Positions 20,717-30,500 are shown, counted from the stretch's first letter. The stretch is 64,000 nucleotides of DNA from an uncultured Desulfobacteraceae bacterium (GCA_964591175.1 CAZQAF010000001.1:12879-76878); one strand, 5' to 3'. A program made the numbers and translations. The notes: a model not told the origin generated them from the sequence alone.

Positions 20717-21541
20717 TTATTTTAACACCCCTTTGGGCATGGGCACCATCTTCTCACCTCCCAAAACATACCCGCCGTCAAGCCTTAGGACGCTTCCGGT
20801 CATAAAGGGTGCATCCTTGATCATAAAGAGGACGGTTTTCACGACATCCGATATGGATCCTGAACGGGACAACAACGTATGATCGGTAATGGCCGCTTTT
20901 TGCTCATCGGTCAGCAACCCCCAGCCCCGGGTGTTTTTTCCGTGCCGTGTGTCAAAAAACCCGAGCATGATTTCATTGACGCGAACTTCCGGCGCGCCCA
21001 GGCGCGCCCAGGTTTCGGTCAGCAGCGAGATGCCGCGATTGGCGGATGCATATCCTTCATTGAATACGACGCCGGCAGGACCCGACCGTCCCACAATTCC
21101 TGCGATGGATGACAGGTTGATTACAATGCCGTCTTTGGACGCTTTAAGATGCGGCAGGGCAGATTCGAACACCCATTGTTTGGCGCGCAGGGTGGTGGCC
21201 GTTTCCAGGTCCCACTGCTGCTGATCATAGGATCCGTGAACCACCGGCCAGCCGCCGCGCTCGATATTGTTGATCAAAATATCGAGACGGCCGAAGCGAT
21301 CCACGACGGTTTTGATCAGGGCCGGAATTTCCCCGGTGTCGAGCAAATCCGTTTTGAGGATGAGGTGATCCTGACCGGTCCGGGCAAAGTCCTTTTTTAG
21401 ATTCGGCAGTTCCTCTTCCCAATCGAAATAATTTAATGCAACGCGGACCCCTTCCTGTGCGAGGGCAAGCCCGATGCCTTTGCCGATGCCCTTTACGGCC
21501 CCGAGTACCAGGGCGACTTTGTTTTTAATTTCCATTGTCAT
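20717..21541 (-). CDS. short-chain dehydrogenase/reductase (SDR) family protein, atypical active site
   Basis: 274 aa; Rossmann motif KVALVLGAVKGIGKGIGLALAQEG and NLSSIAG. The expected YxxxK position reads YASANR, so no Lys is present. The start forms an ATGA overlap with the stop of the upstream cysteine-cluster gene. Confidence 0.8.
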   Translation of the reverse strand: MTMEIKNKVALVLGAVKGIGKGIGLALAQEGVRVALNYFDWEEELPNLKKDFARTGQDHLILKTDLLDTGEIPALIKTVVDRFGRLDILINNIERGGWPVVHGSYDQQQWDLETATTLRAKQWVFESALPHLKASKDGIVINLSSIAGIVGRSGPAGVVFNEGYASANRGISLLTETWARLGAPEVRVNEIMLGFFDTRHGKNTRGWGLLTDEQKAAITDHTLLSRSGSISDVVKTVLFMIKDAPFMTGSVLRLDGGYVLGGEKMVPMPKGVLK

Positions 21542-22275
21542 TCCCGTTCAAAATTGTCGAAAAGCATGTTTTTGATCCATTGATGACTCAGTTTCAACAA
21601 CGCGACATCATCCATTTTCAGGGTGTCCATCGTTTCTGCGTCAAGATGCCATCGATCAAGGATATTGTTTTCAAATATGTTCGATCTGAATGCATCGATG
21701 TCATAAAGGGCCATATGAAAGCAGCGTCTGGATTTGACGTCCAAAGAACCGGACAGGTTCTGATTTTTCAAAGAGATGATTTCCAGGAGCATGTCATTCA
21801 TTTCATTATAGAAAGAGGCCTCCTGATTTTCAATCCATTCATGGATGCTCCAGGTTCGGCCCTGCTTAAAACCCAGACAATGGGGCTCTTTTAAGAGCAA
21901 GGACCGCTCGGTGATCTTGCCGGTTTCTCTGGATCGGGATGCAAGGCGCACCAGCGGATAGGTTCGACACGATGACGGGCGGTCTTCGTACACGCTGCAT
22001 CCTGAGGACGTCACAAACGGACATTTCAATTCTTTGGCGAATCGGGTTTTCAGGCTGACGATGGGGAGACCTGTTTCAGGACCGGTTTGTTGAAAACCAT
22101 ATTGCTCAAGAAAGCGGCTCGACGATAAACCGAGACGGTTTTTCAAACGCAGGATATCGTAAGGGGTAAGAAACTGATTCAGGTCTCGACAGCATGCATT
22201 GAAACACGGCACTTTTATCGAACATGAAAACATGAACCTATCGGTTTGGGAAAGGGGGATGATATTATTTTCCAT
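21538..22275 (-). CDS. cysteine-cluster protein, YkgJ/UPF0153-like, paralog C
   Basis: FSCSIKVPCFNACCRDLNQFLTPYDILRLKNRLG … CPFVTSSGCSVYEDRPSSCRTYP. The ATG at 22275 (MENNIIPL…, AAGGA upstream) is preferred over the track start at 22341. Confidence 0.65.
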   Translation of the reverse strand: MENNIIPLSQTDRFMFSCSIKVPCFNACCRDLNQFLTPYDILRLKNRLGLSSSRFLEQYGFQQTGPETGLPIVSLKTRFAKELKCPFVTSSGCSVYEDRPSSCRTYPLVRLASRSRETGKITERSLLLKEPHCLGFKQGRTWSIHEWIENQEASFYNEMNDMLLEIISLKNQNLSGSLDVKSRRCFHMALYDIDAFRSNIFENNILDRWHLDAETMDTLKMDDVALLKLSHQWIKNMLFDNFERE

Positions 22276-22610
22276 GAAAGTGATTCCTTGATAAAATAAT
22301 CGCGCATATTTTGAATATGGTGGCACCATTTGAGTCATCAATGACCAATTCCGCGGCAGATGTCAATCCCCAAAAACAATATTTGAGGGGAATGGGCTTT
22401 GACGTTCTGTAATCATTTAAAATGACGCGTTATGCTCCCGATTCGCGAAAAAATACTGTATGAGATTCATATCCTGAATGGTTTCTACAACATGAACCCC
22501 ATTAAGTACAATATGTGGTGTATTTTGTATGGATATAAACAAAATAAAGGTCCGGGACAATCTGCTGAATCGGCGCTCAAAAATTTATAATTTTGTTTTC
22601 CCAAAAGTAC

Positions 22611-22639
22611 TTGACAAGAATAATGTTAATTGTTATCTA
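22611..22639 (+). promoter_or_regulatory. candidate sigma70-type promoter for aprBA
   Basis: TTGACA (22611..22616), a 17-nt spacer, then TATCTA (22634..22639), inside a 556-nt AT-rich spacer. This would give a 5' UTR of roughly 250 nt. Confidence 0.35.
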
Positions 22640-22897
22640 ATTCCTTTGGTTTTCTTGTCTTTTCTATCTCCTTGATTTTATAAGGAATCACTCATCCGAT
22701 CAGCTTGAATTTTTAAATCACTCGTTCAAGTGATTTCGTTGATAAGAATAGAATTTTTCAAAGTCATCAAAACAAATGACGGCCATTATGGGTCAAGATA
22801 ATGAAGGGAGGTGCAAAAAGCTTACCGACTGTACCGAAAGTTATTTGGAAGAGGATAAAATAACGAAGTTTTTAAAACAAAATTAGGAGGTAATTAA

Positions 22898-23335
22898 ATG
22901 CCAAGTTTCGTAATTGCTGAAAAATGCGATGGCTGCAAAGGCGGCGACAAGACCGCCTGCATGTACATTTGCCCCAATGACCTGATGGTTTTGGACCCCA
23001 ATGCAATGAAGGCTTACAATCAGGAGCCGGATCAGTGCTGGGAATGTTTTTCATGCGTAAAGATCTGCCCGACCCAGGCGATCGAGGTGAGAGGTTATGC
23101 CGACTTTGTGCCGCTGGGAAGTAGCATTATGCCCATGCTGGGAACCGAGGATGTCATGTGGACCTGTAAGTTCAGAAACGGCACCATCAAACGCTTTAAG
23201 TTCCCCATCCGGACCACTCCGGAAGGCGCTGCCAATGCATATCCGGATCTTAAGGGAAAAGATCTTGACAACGAATTGCTGTCCACCGAAGAGGCGGACG
23301 GCAGACAGTTGCCGACACCGATCGCAACGGTTTAA
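22898..23335 (+). CDS. aprB: adenylylsulfate (APS) reductase beta subunit
   Basis: 145 aa; MPSFVIAEKCDGCKGGDKTACMYICPNDLM … CWECFSCVKICP (two 4Fe-4S motifs) plus the AprB-specific C-terminal tail. AGGAGG RBS. Confidence 0.97.
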   Translation: MPSFVIAEKCDGCKGGDKTACMYICPNDLMVLDPNAMKAYNQEPDQCWECFSCVKICPTQAIEVRGYADFVPLGSSIMPMLGTEDVMWTCKFRNGTIKRFKFPIRTTPEGAANAYPDLKGKDLDNELLSTEEADGRQLPTPIATV

Positions 23336-23408
23336 TACGGATACCGGTTTTCAAAGATCAATATATCGATAACATCTTATGACAACATATATTTAAGGAG
23401 GATGTAAT

Positions 23409-25382
23409 ATGGCATTACCGAATAAACCTTTGGGAGAAATCAAGGCCGTCAGGGATCCTGAAGTGGAAGAGCGTGAGGTTGACATCCTGATCGTGGGCGG
23501 CGGCATGGCTGCTTGCGGGACTGCGTTCGAGATCAAGAAATGGGCCGGCGACAAGAAGGTCCTGCTGTGTGACAAAGCTGCCATGGAGCGTAGTGGCGCT
23601 GTTGCCCAAGGTCTCTCAGCCATCAATACATATATCGGAGAAAATACACCGGATGACTATGTGCGAATGGTTCGCAACGACCTGATGGGGATTGTCCGCG
23701 AAGACCTGATCTTTGATCTGGGCTGTCACGTTGACGACTCCGTTTTCCTGTTTGAGGAATGGGGTCTTCCGATGTGGAAACTGTCCGAAGACGGAAAGAA
23801 AATGGACGGCAAAAAAGGCCAGAAAATGGGGACCTTGAAGTCCGGCGCCAAACCGGTCCGTACCGGCAAATGGCAGATCATGATTAACGGCGAATCCTAC
23901 AAAAGAATCGTTGCCGAAGCTGCCAAACTGGCTTTGGGTGAAGACAACATTCTCGAGCGTTGCTTTATCGTCGAGCTTCTCCTGGATGCCAACGAAGAGA
24001 ACCGGATCGCCGGAGCCGTCGGTTTTTCCGTTCGTGAGAACAAAGTGTACATCATCAAATGCAACACCATGATGGTGGCCTGTGGTGGCGCGGTCAATAT
24101 CTATCAGCCCAGAAGCGTGGGTGAAGGAAAAGGCCGTGCCTGGTATCCGGTCTGGAACGCCGGTTCTACCTACACCATGTGCATGAAGGTCGGTGCCGAG
24201 CTTACCATGATGGAAAACCGTTTCACCCCGTCGCGTTACAAAGACGGTTACGGCCCGGTGGGCGCCTGGTTCCTTTTGTTCAAGGCCAAAACCGTCAACG
24301 GTCTGGGTGAAGGCTACGTGGGCAGCGAAGCAGCCCAAAAAGAACTTCAAAAGTATGCGCCATACGGCACCGCAGCCATAACGCCGACCTGTCTCCGTAA
24401 CCACTTGATGCTCTTTGAGATGAAGGAAGGCCGTGGCCCGGTCATGATGGATACGGTATCAGCCCTTAAAGAAATGGGTGGAAAGTTGGACAAGAAAGAA
24501 ATGAAGGCTCTGGAATCAGAAGCCTGGGAAAACTTTCTGGATATGACCTGCGGACAGGCCAACCTCTGGTGCGGCACCAACACCGAGCCTGACAAGAAAA
24601 TGTCGGAGATCATGCCCACCGAGCCGTACCTGCTCGGATCGCACTCAGGATGCTGCGGGCTTTGGACCTCCGGTCCGGATTTCGATTGGGTACCCGAAGC
24701 ATACAAGATCCGTTACAAAGACAAGGTCTATAACCGCATGACCACCGTAAACGGGCTGTTTACCGCCGGCGACGGTGTGGGCGGTTCCGGTCACAAATTT
24801 TCATCCGGTTCCCATGCCGAAGGACGGATTGCCGCTAAGGCCATGGCCCGGTTTGTACGTGACAATGCCGACTTCAAACCGACCCTGAGCCAGTCCAACC
24901 AAGAACTGGTGGATTTGATTTACAAGCCGGTGAGAACGTTCCTGGAGAATAAGGATTATACCACGGCCATCAATATCAACCCCAATTATCTCAAGCCCGA
25001 AGGGATGATGTATCGCTTGATGAAGGCCACCCATGAGTACGGCGCCGGTACGGCCACCTACTACATGACCAGCTCCAAGAGTCTGGAAATCGTCATGGAC
25101 ATGCTCCTGATGATGCGCGAAGACTGCGAAAAGCTGGCTGCCGGTGACCTCCATGAGCTGATGCGCTGCTGGGAAATCTTCCACCGCATCTGGACGGTTG
25201 AGTCTCATCTCCGTCACATACAGTTCCGGAAAGAAACCCGTTATCCGGGATTCTACTATCAGTCCGACTTTCCGGGACAGGATGACGAGAACTGGTTCTG
25301 CTTTGTCAACTCTAAGTATGATCCCAAAGCCGGAACGTGGGATACGTTCAAGAAAGAATATATCAAGATTATCCCGGATTAA
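23409..25382 (+). CDS. aprA: adenylylsulfate (APS) reductase alpha subunit
   Basis: 657 aa; FAD motif DILIVGGGMAACGTAFE and overall AprA-typical sequence. AAGGAGG RBS. Confidence 0.97.
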   Translation: MALPNKPLGEIKAVRDPEVEEREVDILIVGGGMAACGTAFEIKKWAGDKKVLLCDKAAMERSGAVAQGLSAINTYIGENTPDDYVRMVRNDLMGIVREDLIFDLGCHVDDSVFLFEEWGLPMWKLSEDGKKMDGKKGQKMGTLKSGAKPVRTGKWQIMINGESYKRIVAEAAKLALGEDNILERCFIVELLLDANEENRIAGAVGFSVRENKVYIIKCNTMMVACGGAVNIYQPRSVGEGKGRAWYPVWNAGSTYTMCMKVGAELTMMENRFTPSRYKDGYGPVGAWFLLFKAKTVNGLGEGYVGSEAAQKELQKYAPYGTAAITPTCLRNHLMLFEMKEGRGPVMMDTVSALKEMGGKLDKKEMKALESEAWENFLDMTCGQANLWCGTNTEPDKKMSEIMPTEPYLLGSHSGCCGLWTSGPDFDWVPEAYKIRYKDKVYNRMTTVNGLFTAGDGVGGSGHKFSSGSHAEGRIAAKAMARFVRDNADFKPTLSQSNQELVDLIYKPVRTFLENKDYTTAININPNYLKPEGMMYRLMKATHEYGAGTATYYMTSSKSLEIVMDMLLMMREDCEKLAAGDLHELMRCWEIFHRIWTVESHLRHIQFRKETRYPGFYYQSDFPGQDDENWFCFVNSKYDPKAGTWDTFKKEYIKIIPD

Positions 25383-25412
25383 GATGGATATGAAATAGCA
25401 GTAATAAATACG

Positions 25413-25451
25413 CCTCCAGGCACCTTACTTTTTTGGTGCCTGGAGGTTTTT
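25413..25451 (+). terminator. intrinsic terminator after aprA
   Basis: A perfect 12-bp stem, cctccaggcacc (25413..25424) with ggtgcctggagg (25435..25446), followed by ttttt. Confidence 0.8.
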
Positions 25452-25523
25452 ATTAGTTTGTAATCGTTTTTTAAAACCCCTGAACTTCAGGATTTCTGAA
25501 ACTATTGTTTACGGAGGGATAGC

Positions 25524-26801
25524 ATGACAGAAAGCAAAGCAGCCCCTTCAAATGGGAGCATTTTGGTTGTTGGAGGAGGGATAAGCGGGTTGACGACGGC
25601 CCTCGAAGCTGCCGAAGTAGGGTACGAGGTCTTTTTGGTGGAAAAAAATCCCTACCTTGGCGGAAGAGTGGCACAGTTGAATAAATATTTCCCGAAGCTA
25701 TGCCCTCCGAGCTGCGGACTGGAAATCAATTTCCGAAGAATAAAAGACAATCCGAAAATAAAGGTGTTAACACTGGCTGAGGTGGAAAAGGTCGAGGGTG
25801 CACCGGGCAGCTATGATGTCACGGTTAAAATGAACCCGAGATATGTCAACCAGAATTGCACCTGTTGCGGCGATTGTTCGGCAGCCTGTGAAACAGAGAT
25901 CTCCAGCGATTTCGATTTCGGAATGAAAAAAATAAAAGGCGCTTATCTGCCCTTTGAAATGGCGTTTCCCGCCCGTTATGTGATTTCACCTCAAATTATC
26001 GGAACCGGGGATGCAGAACGCTGTAAACAAGCGTGCAAATATGATGCCGTTGATTTGGATATGGCGCCGAAATCCATGGACCTTAACGTGGGTGCCATTG
26101 TCTGGGCCACCGGCTGGGAGCCGTACGATGCCTCAAAAATCGATAATCTGGGGTTCGGTCAGTATCCGAATATTATCACCAATATGATGATGGAGAGGCT
26201 GGGTTCTCCCAACGGACCCACGAAAGGGAAAATCACGCGGCCGTCGGACGGAAAAGAACCCGAAAGTATCGCCTTTGTCCAGTGCGCCGGTTCAAGGGAT
26301 GAAAACTATCTTCCCTATTGTTCCTATATTTGCTGTATGGCGTCTTTGAAACAGACCACCTATATCAGGGAACAGTATCCCAATTCGAAAGTCTATATCT
26401 TTTATATTGATGTTCGCGCGCCGGGTCAACGTTACGAGAAGTTTTACCAAAAGATTAAAGAAGACGAGAATGTCGTTTTAATCAAAGGCAAGGTCGCCGA
26501 AGTGGCCGAAGACCCGCAAACAGGAAATATCACCGTGGTGGCAGAGAATGCCGTCACCGGAGAAAAGATCAGACAGACGGTCGAAATGGTTGTTCTTGCC
26601 ACAGGGATGCAGCCGACAACCGCAACAACCAAACTGCCGGCTGACCTGAAATATAATGAAGACGGCTTTATCGTCAATGATTTTGAAAAAGGCGGGATGT
26701 TTGCGGCAGGATGCGCCAACAAACCGGCGGATGTGGTTTCCTCGAACCAGAATGCGACCGGTATGGCCCTTAAAGCGATTCAAACCCTGGTGAAGCGGTA
26801 G
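25524..26801 (+). CDS. qmoA: quinone-interacting membrane-bound oxidoreductase subunit QmoA (HdrA-like flavoprotein)
   Basis: 425 aa; ILVVGGGISGLTTALEAAEVGYEVFLVEKNPYLGGR. HdrA-like. Position after aprBA is conserved. Confidence 0.93.
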   Translation: MTESKAAPSNGSILVVGGGISGLTTALEAAEVGYEVFLVEKNPYLGGRVAQLNKYFPKLCPPSCGLEINFRRIKDNPKIKVLTLAEVEKVEGAPGSYDVTVKMNPRYVNQNCTCCGDCSAACETEISSDFDFGMKKIKGAYLPFEMAFPARYVISPQIIGTGDAERCKQACKYDAVDLDMAPKSMDLNVGAIVWATGWEPYDASKIDNLGFGQYPNIITNMMMERLGSPNGPTKGKITRPSDGKEPESIAFVQCAGSRDENYLPYCSYICCMASLKQTTYIREQYPNSKVYIFYIDVRAPGQRYEKFYQKIKEDENVVLIKGKVAEVAEDPQTGNITVVAENAVTGEKIRQTVEMVVLATGMQPTTATTKLPADLKYNEDGFIVNDFEKGGMFAAGCANKPADVVSSNQNATGMALKAIQTLVKR

Positions 26802-26811
26802 GAGGTTATCC

Positions 26812-29148
26812 ATGGATAAAAAATATGGTGTTTATATTTGCACAGGCTGCGGCATCGGGGATGCCCTTAATATTGAAGCGCTGTGCGGGGTCCCCGAGGA
26901 AGAAGGCCTTCCGGTAAAAACGCATCCTTTTCTGTGCGGAAAGGATGGGGTTGAACTCATCAAAAAAGATATTGCCGATAAGGGCATCAACACAATGGTG
27001 ATCGCTGCCTGCTCGCGTCGCGTAAACTTCGATATTTTTAAATTTGAAGGCTGCATTGTAGACCGGGTTAATTTGAGGGAACAGGTGGTTTGGTCGCATC
27101 CCAGGTCGGAATTCCCTGCGTTGACCGAGGACCAGATCGATGACGGCATCCATTTCGACCGTCTTCAAATGCTGGCCGAAGATTATCTGAAAATGGGAAT
27201 GGCCAAGGTTGAGAAGGTTAAACTGCCGGAACCTTACCAGGTGGAAACCTTGAGCAAAAAAATTCTGGTTATCGGCGGCGGTATCACCGGAATTTCGGCG
27301 GCCCTCGATGCCGCCAAAGCCGGTTATGACGTCACCATCGTCGAGAAAGAAGCCTCCCTTGGGGGATATGCGGCCAAAATCCGCAAACAGTTGCCGGATC
27401 AAGATCCCTATGAAACGCTTGTTCAACCGTCGGTGGAAAGCAAAATCAGGGAACTTGAGAGCTATGACAATATTACCGTTCGAACGAACACCCTGGTGGC
27501 CCGTTTGGCCGGTGAACCCGGCAATTTTACCGTAACGCTGAAAAAACCCGGTGAAAAGATCGAGTTCGATGTTCCGTTTCCGCTGCCTGAAGAGATGAAG
27601 TTTGATGAAAACGGAAAAGAGCTTGATGTTGAAGCCCAGCATAAGCGGTATCTGGAATATAACGAGGGCAGGGTCGATATCTTGACGTTCGATTCCAGCG
27701 GTGAAAAATTCGGCGCCGTGGTCCTTGCCGCGGGTTGGCGGCCGTATAAACCCGAGGGCGATGAATTTTCTCACTTAGGATACGGCGAACTTCCGAATGT
27801 CGTTACCAATCACCAGTTTGAAGAAATGGCGGCCAAGGGAAAAATTACCACCGCAGACGGCAGGGAAGCCAAATCCGTTGTTTTTGTCCAGTCTCCGGGG
27901 AAAGGGGAAGACGATGCCGATTTCAATTATTGCGGTTCGGTGACCAGCATGGTGGCACTCAAGCAGGCCAAATATGTACGGGAAGATTATACCGACGGCA
28001 AGGCGTATATCTTCTACCAGCACATGCGGACTCCCGGTCTTTTGGAAAATTTTTACAAAAGTATCCAGCAGGATGAGGGGATATTTTTGACCAAAGGCGA
28101 GGTGATCAACGTCTCCAAAAACGGTGACGGCATGATTGTTGAAGCCGACAATACCCTGCTGGGAGAAAAGCTGAAGGTCAAGGCCGATATGGTGGTGCTC
28201 GCTACCGGTATGGTGCCGCTTACCGTGGATGGTCCGGTGGTCAATATGGCGTATCGTCAGGGACCGGCGTTTCGCGACATCGGTCTTTTTGAAGGATATT
28301 GTGACTCAAATTTTATCTGTTTTCCCTATGAAACCCAGCGAACCGGTATTTATGCGGCCGGCGCTATTCGGCGCAGCATGACCATGGAAGAATCGATTGA
28401 AGATGCAACCGGAGCGACGCTCAAAGCGATTCAATGCATCGAATCGGTTAATCGGGGAGTTTCCGTTCATCCGCGGTCCGGTGATATGACGTTTCCGGAT
28501 TTCTTTTTCCAAAGATGTACCCAATGCAAGCGGTGTACGGAAGAATGCCCGTTTGGCGCCCTGGATGATGATGAAAAAGGAACGCCCAAGCCCAACCCGG
28601 CCCGGTGCCGGCGCTGCGGAACCTGCATGGGCGCCTGTCCTGAACGGATCATCGGATTTGCCGATTACAATATCGACAGTGTCGGTTCCATGGTCAAATC
28701 CATCGGCGTACCTTCCGAAGATGATTACGAAGAGCCCCCTTTCAGGATCGTCGGGTTTGTATGTGAAAACGATGCCTATCCGGCGCTTGATATTGCCGGC
28801 TTGAACCGGTTGACCTATTCAGCCGATGTCCGGTTCATTCCGGTTCGATGCCTGGGTTCCATGAACGTGATCTGGATTAAAGACGCCCTTGCTCAGGGCA
28901 TGGACGGCGCGTTTCTTTTGGGGTGCAAGCATGGGGATGACTACCAGTGCCACTTTGTTAAAGGAAGTGAGCTTGCGGACATCAGAATGAAGAAAATCGG
29001 TGATGCCCTCTCAAGCCTGGCCCTGGAGGATGAACGCGTAACCCAGTTCGAAGTCGCTATTGATGACTATGACAAGCTTCCGAAAATGATCAACGAGTTT
29101 GTGGAAACCGTGGAAGAACTCGGCCCGAACCCGTTTAAAGGATTTTAA
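26812..29148 (+). CDS. qmoB: QmoB (HdrA-like flavoprotein with FeS and MvhD-like C-terminal domain)
   Basis: 778 aa; ILVIGGGITGISAALDAAKAGYDVTIVEKE, ferredoxin motifs CTQCKRCTEECP / CRRCGTCMGACP, and an MvhD-like tail (…VGFVCENDAYPALD…IPVRCLGS…). Confidence 0.93.
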   Translation: MDKKYGVYICTGCGIGDALNIEALCGVPEEEGLPVKTHPFLCGKDGVELIKKDIADKGINTMVIAACSRRVNFDIFKFEGCIVDRVNLREQVVWSHPRSEFPALTEDQIDDGIHFDRLQMLAEDYLKMGMAKVEKVKLPEPYQVETLSKKILVIGGGITGISAALDAAKAGYDVTIVEKEASLGGYAAKIRKQLPDQDPYETLVQPSVESKIRELESYDNITVRTNTLVARLAGEPGNFTVTLKKPGEKIEFDVPFPLPEEMKFDENGKELDVEAQHKRYLEYNEGRVDILTFDSSGEKFGAVVLAAGWRPYKPEGDEFSHLGYGELPNVVTNHQFEEMAAKGKITTADGREAKSVVFVQSPGKGEDDADFNYCGSVTSMVALKQAKYVREDYTDGKAYIFYQHMRTPGLLENFYKSIQQDEGIFLTKGEVINVSKNGDGMIVEADNTLLGEKLKVKADMVVLATGMVPLTVDGPVVNMAYRQGPAFRDIGLFEGYCDSNFICFPYETQRTGIYAAGAIRRSMTMEESIEDATGATLKAIQCIESVNRGVSVHPRSGDMTFPDFFFQRCTQCKRCTEECPFGALDDDEKGTPKPNPARCRRCGTCMGACPERIIGFADYNIDSVGSMVKSIGVPSEDDYEEPPFRIVGFVCENDAYPALDIAGLNRLTYSADVRFIPVRCLGSMNVIWIKDALAQGMDGAFLLGCKHGDDYQCHFVKGSELADIRMKKIGDALSSLALEDERVTQFEVAIDDYDKLPKMINEFVETVEELGPNPFKGF

Positions 29149-29149
29149 G

Positions 29150-29226
29150 GATTGATGATTTGCGATTGATGATTGTATATTGATGCCGATGAATATCAAT
29201 CCATCGTCAATCGACAATATTCAATA
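29150..29226. repeat. heptamer-phased word array in the qmoB-qmoC spacer
   Basis: Read in 7-nt phase: gattgat gatttgc gattgat gattgta tattgat gccgatg aatatca atccatc gtcaatc gacaata ttcaata. ATTGAT words fill the first half and their complement (ATCAAT/GTCAAT/TTCAAT) fills the second half. Confidence 0.6.
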
Positions 29227-29243
29227 TTACAGGAGGTATTCAT

Positions 29244-30392
29244 ATGACAGACAAATACCTGGTGGAGCCTGATGTCAACTTTATAAAAGAGATTATCGGG
29301 CTTGGGGGCGACACCTTGAAAAAGTGCTTTCAATGTGCAACCTGCTCGGTGGCCTGCCCCATTTCACCGGACACAAAGCCTTTTCCCCGGAAGGAAATGG
29401 TCGCCGCATCATGGGGGTTGAAAGATAAATTGGTGAGCAATCCTGACATCTGGCTGTGCCACCATTGCGGTGACTGTACGACAAGGTGCCCTCGGGGCGC
29501 GAAGCCGGGGGATGTTTTGGGAGCTGTTCGTTCTTATGCCATTACAGAGTATGCCGTCCCCAAAGCCTTGGGGAAGGCTGTCAAGGATCCGAAAAAACTG
29601 CCCTTTCTGTTGGCCGTACCGGTCGTTATTTTTCTGGCGGTGGGTCTGATCCTTAAGCTCTTCGGTGTCAATTGGCTCAATTTTTCACCACACGGCGGGG
29701 AAATCTGGCAGGACCATTTTATTTCCAATTACCTGGTGGATTCCATAATGGTTCCCACATTTTTTGGGGCTATTGCCGTTTTTGCCCTGGGCCTCAAACG
29801 GTTTTTGGCGGATATACATGCCAATGCCCTTGCCGAAGGAAAAACCGAAAAAGAGAAGATCGATCCAGCCGGATTTATAAAGGCCCTGTTGCGTGTCGTT
29901 CCGACAATTCTCAAACATCAAAAGTTTAATGAATGTTCTGAAAACAGCGAACGAACCACTCCCCACATGATGGTGCTATTAAGCTTTATCGGTCTTTTTG
30001 TTGTCACCACCTGTTTTTTTCTGGCGGAGTGGGTCTTTCTCATTGACGGACCGTATTCCCAGCTCAATCCTATAAAATGGCTTGCCAATGTCAGCGGCAT
30101 CGCTCTGATCATCGGCGGCTTTTTGTTGATAAAAAACCGTGCTGCGAAGAAAGATCAGGTTTCTACTTACTGGGACTGGACGCTGGTCTGGTTGGTGCTT
30201 CTTCTGGGATTGACCGGCTTGCTGACTGAAACAGCCAGACTGGGGGGGATTGCCTGGCTGTCATATTTTTTGTATGCGATTCACCTTGTGCTGGTATGGT
30301 CTCTATTTGCCTACACCCCTTTTTCAAAGCTGGCCCATCTCGTCTATCGAACCGTGGCCCTAACCTATAATGAGTACTCGGGCAGGCAGTAG
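29244..30392 (+). CDS. qmoC: QmoC (HdrC-like FeS domain fused to HdrE/NarI-like membrane cytochrome b domain)
   Basis: 382 aa; CFQCATCSVACP and CHHCGDCTTRCP, followed by about 6 hydrophobic helices. AGGAGG RBS. Confidence 0.92.
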   Translation: MTDKYLVEPDVNFIKEIIGLGGDTLKKCFQCATCSVACPISPDTKPFPRKEMVAASWGLKDKLVSNPDIWLCHHCGDCTTRCPRGAKPGDVLGAVRSYAITEYAVPKALGKAVKDPKKLPFLLAVPVVIFLAVGLILKLFGVNWLNFSPHGGEIWQDHFISNYLVDSIMVPTFFGAIAVFALGLKRFLADIHANALAEGKTEKEKIDPAGFIKALLRVVPTILKHQKFNECSENSERTTPHMMVLLSFIGLFVVTTCFFLAEWVFLIDGPYSQLNPIKWLANVSGIALIIGGFLLIKNRAAKKDQVSTYWDWTLVWLVLLLGLTGLLTETARLGGIAWLSYFLYAIHLVLVWSLFAYTPFSKLAHLVYRTVALTYNEYSGRQ

Positions 30393-30413
30393 ATTTCGGA
30401 CTTTATATTGACT

Positions 30414-30449
30414 AAAAAAGGGGAGACCAATTGGTCTCCCCTTTTTTTT
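30414..30449. terminator. bidirectional intrinsic terminator shared by qmoC (+) and sat (-)
   Basis: aaaaaa-ggggagacc-aatt-ggtctcccc-tttttttt: a 9-bp GC-rich stem with A6 on the left and T8 on the right. Confidence 0.85.
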
Positions 30450-30500
30450 AGTTAAGCAACTATAGACGATCGCCAAACGGCGTATCGCCTCATCGTTTTT

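Noticed and set aside
23616-24404. 262-aa minus-strand ORF
   Set aside because: Antisense to aprA, with no motifs. This is a shadow ORF.
26806-27774. 322-aa minus-strand ORF
   Set aside because: It lies entirely antisense to the confidently identified qmoB. The composition is low-complexity (F/G/R/I-rich), with no recognisable motif or RBS. It is a typical shadow ORF of a strongly codon-biased gene.
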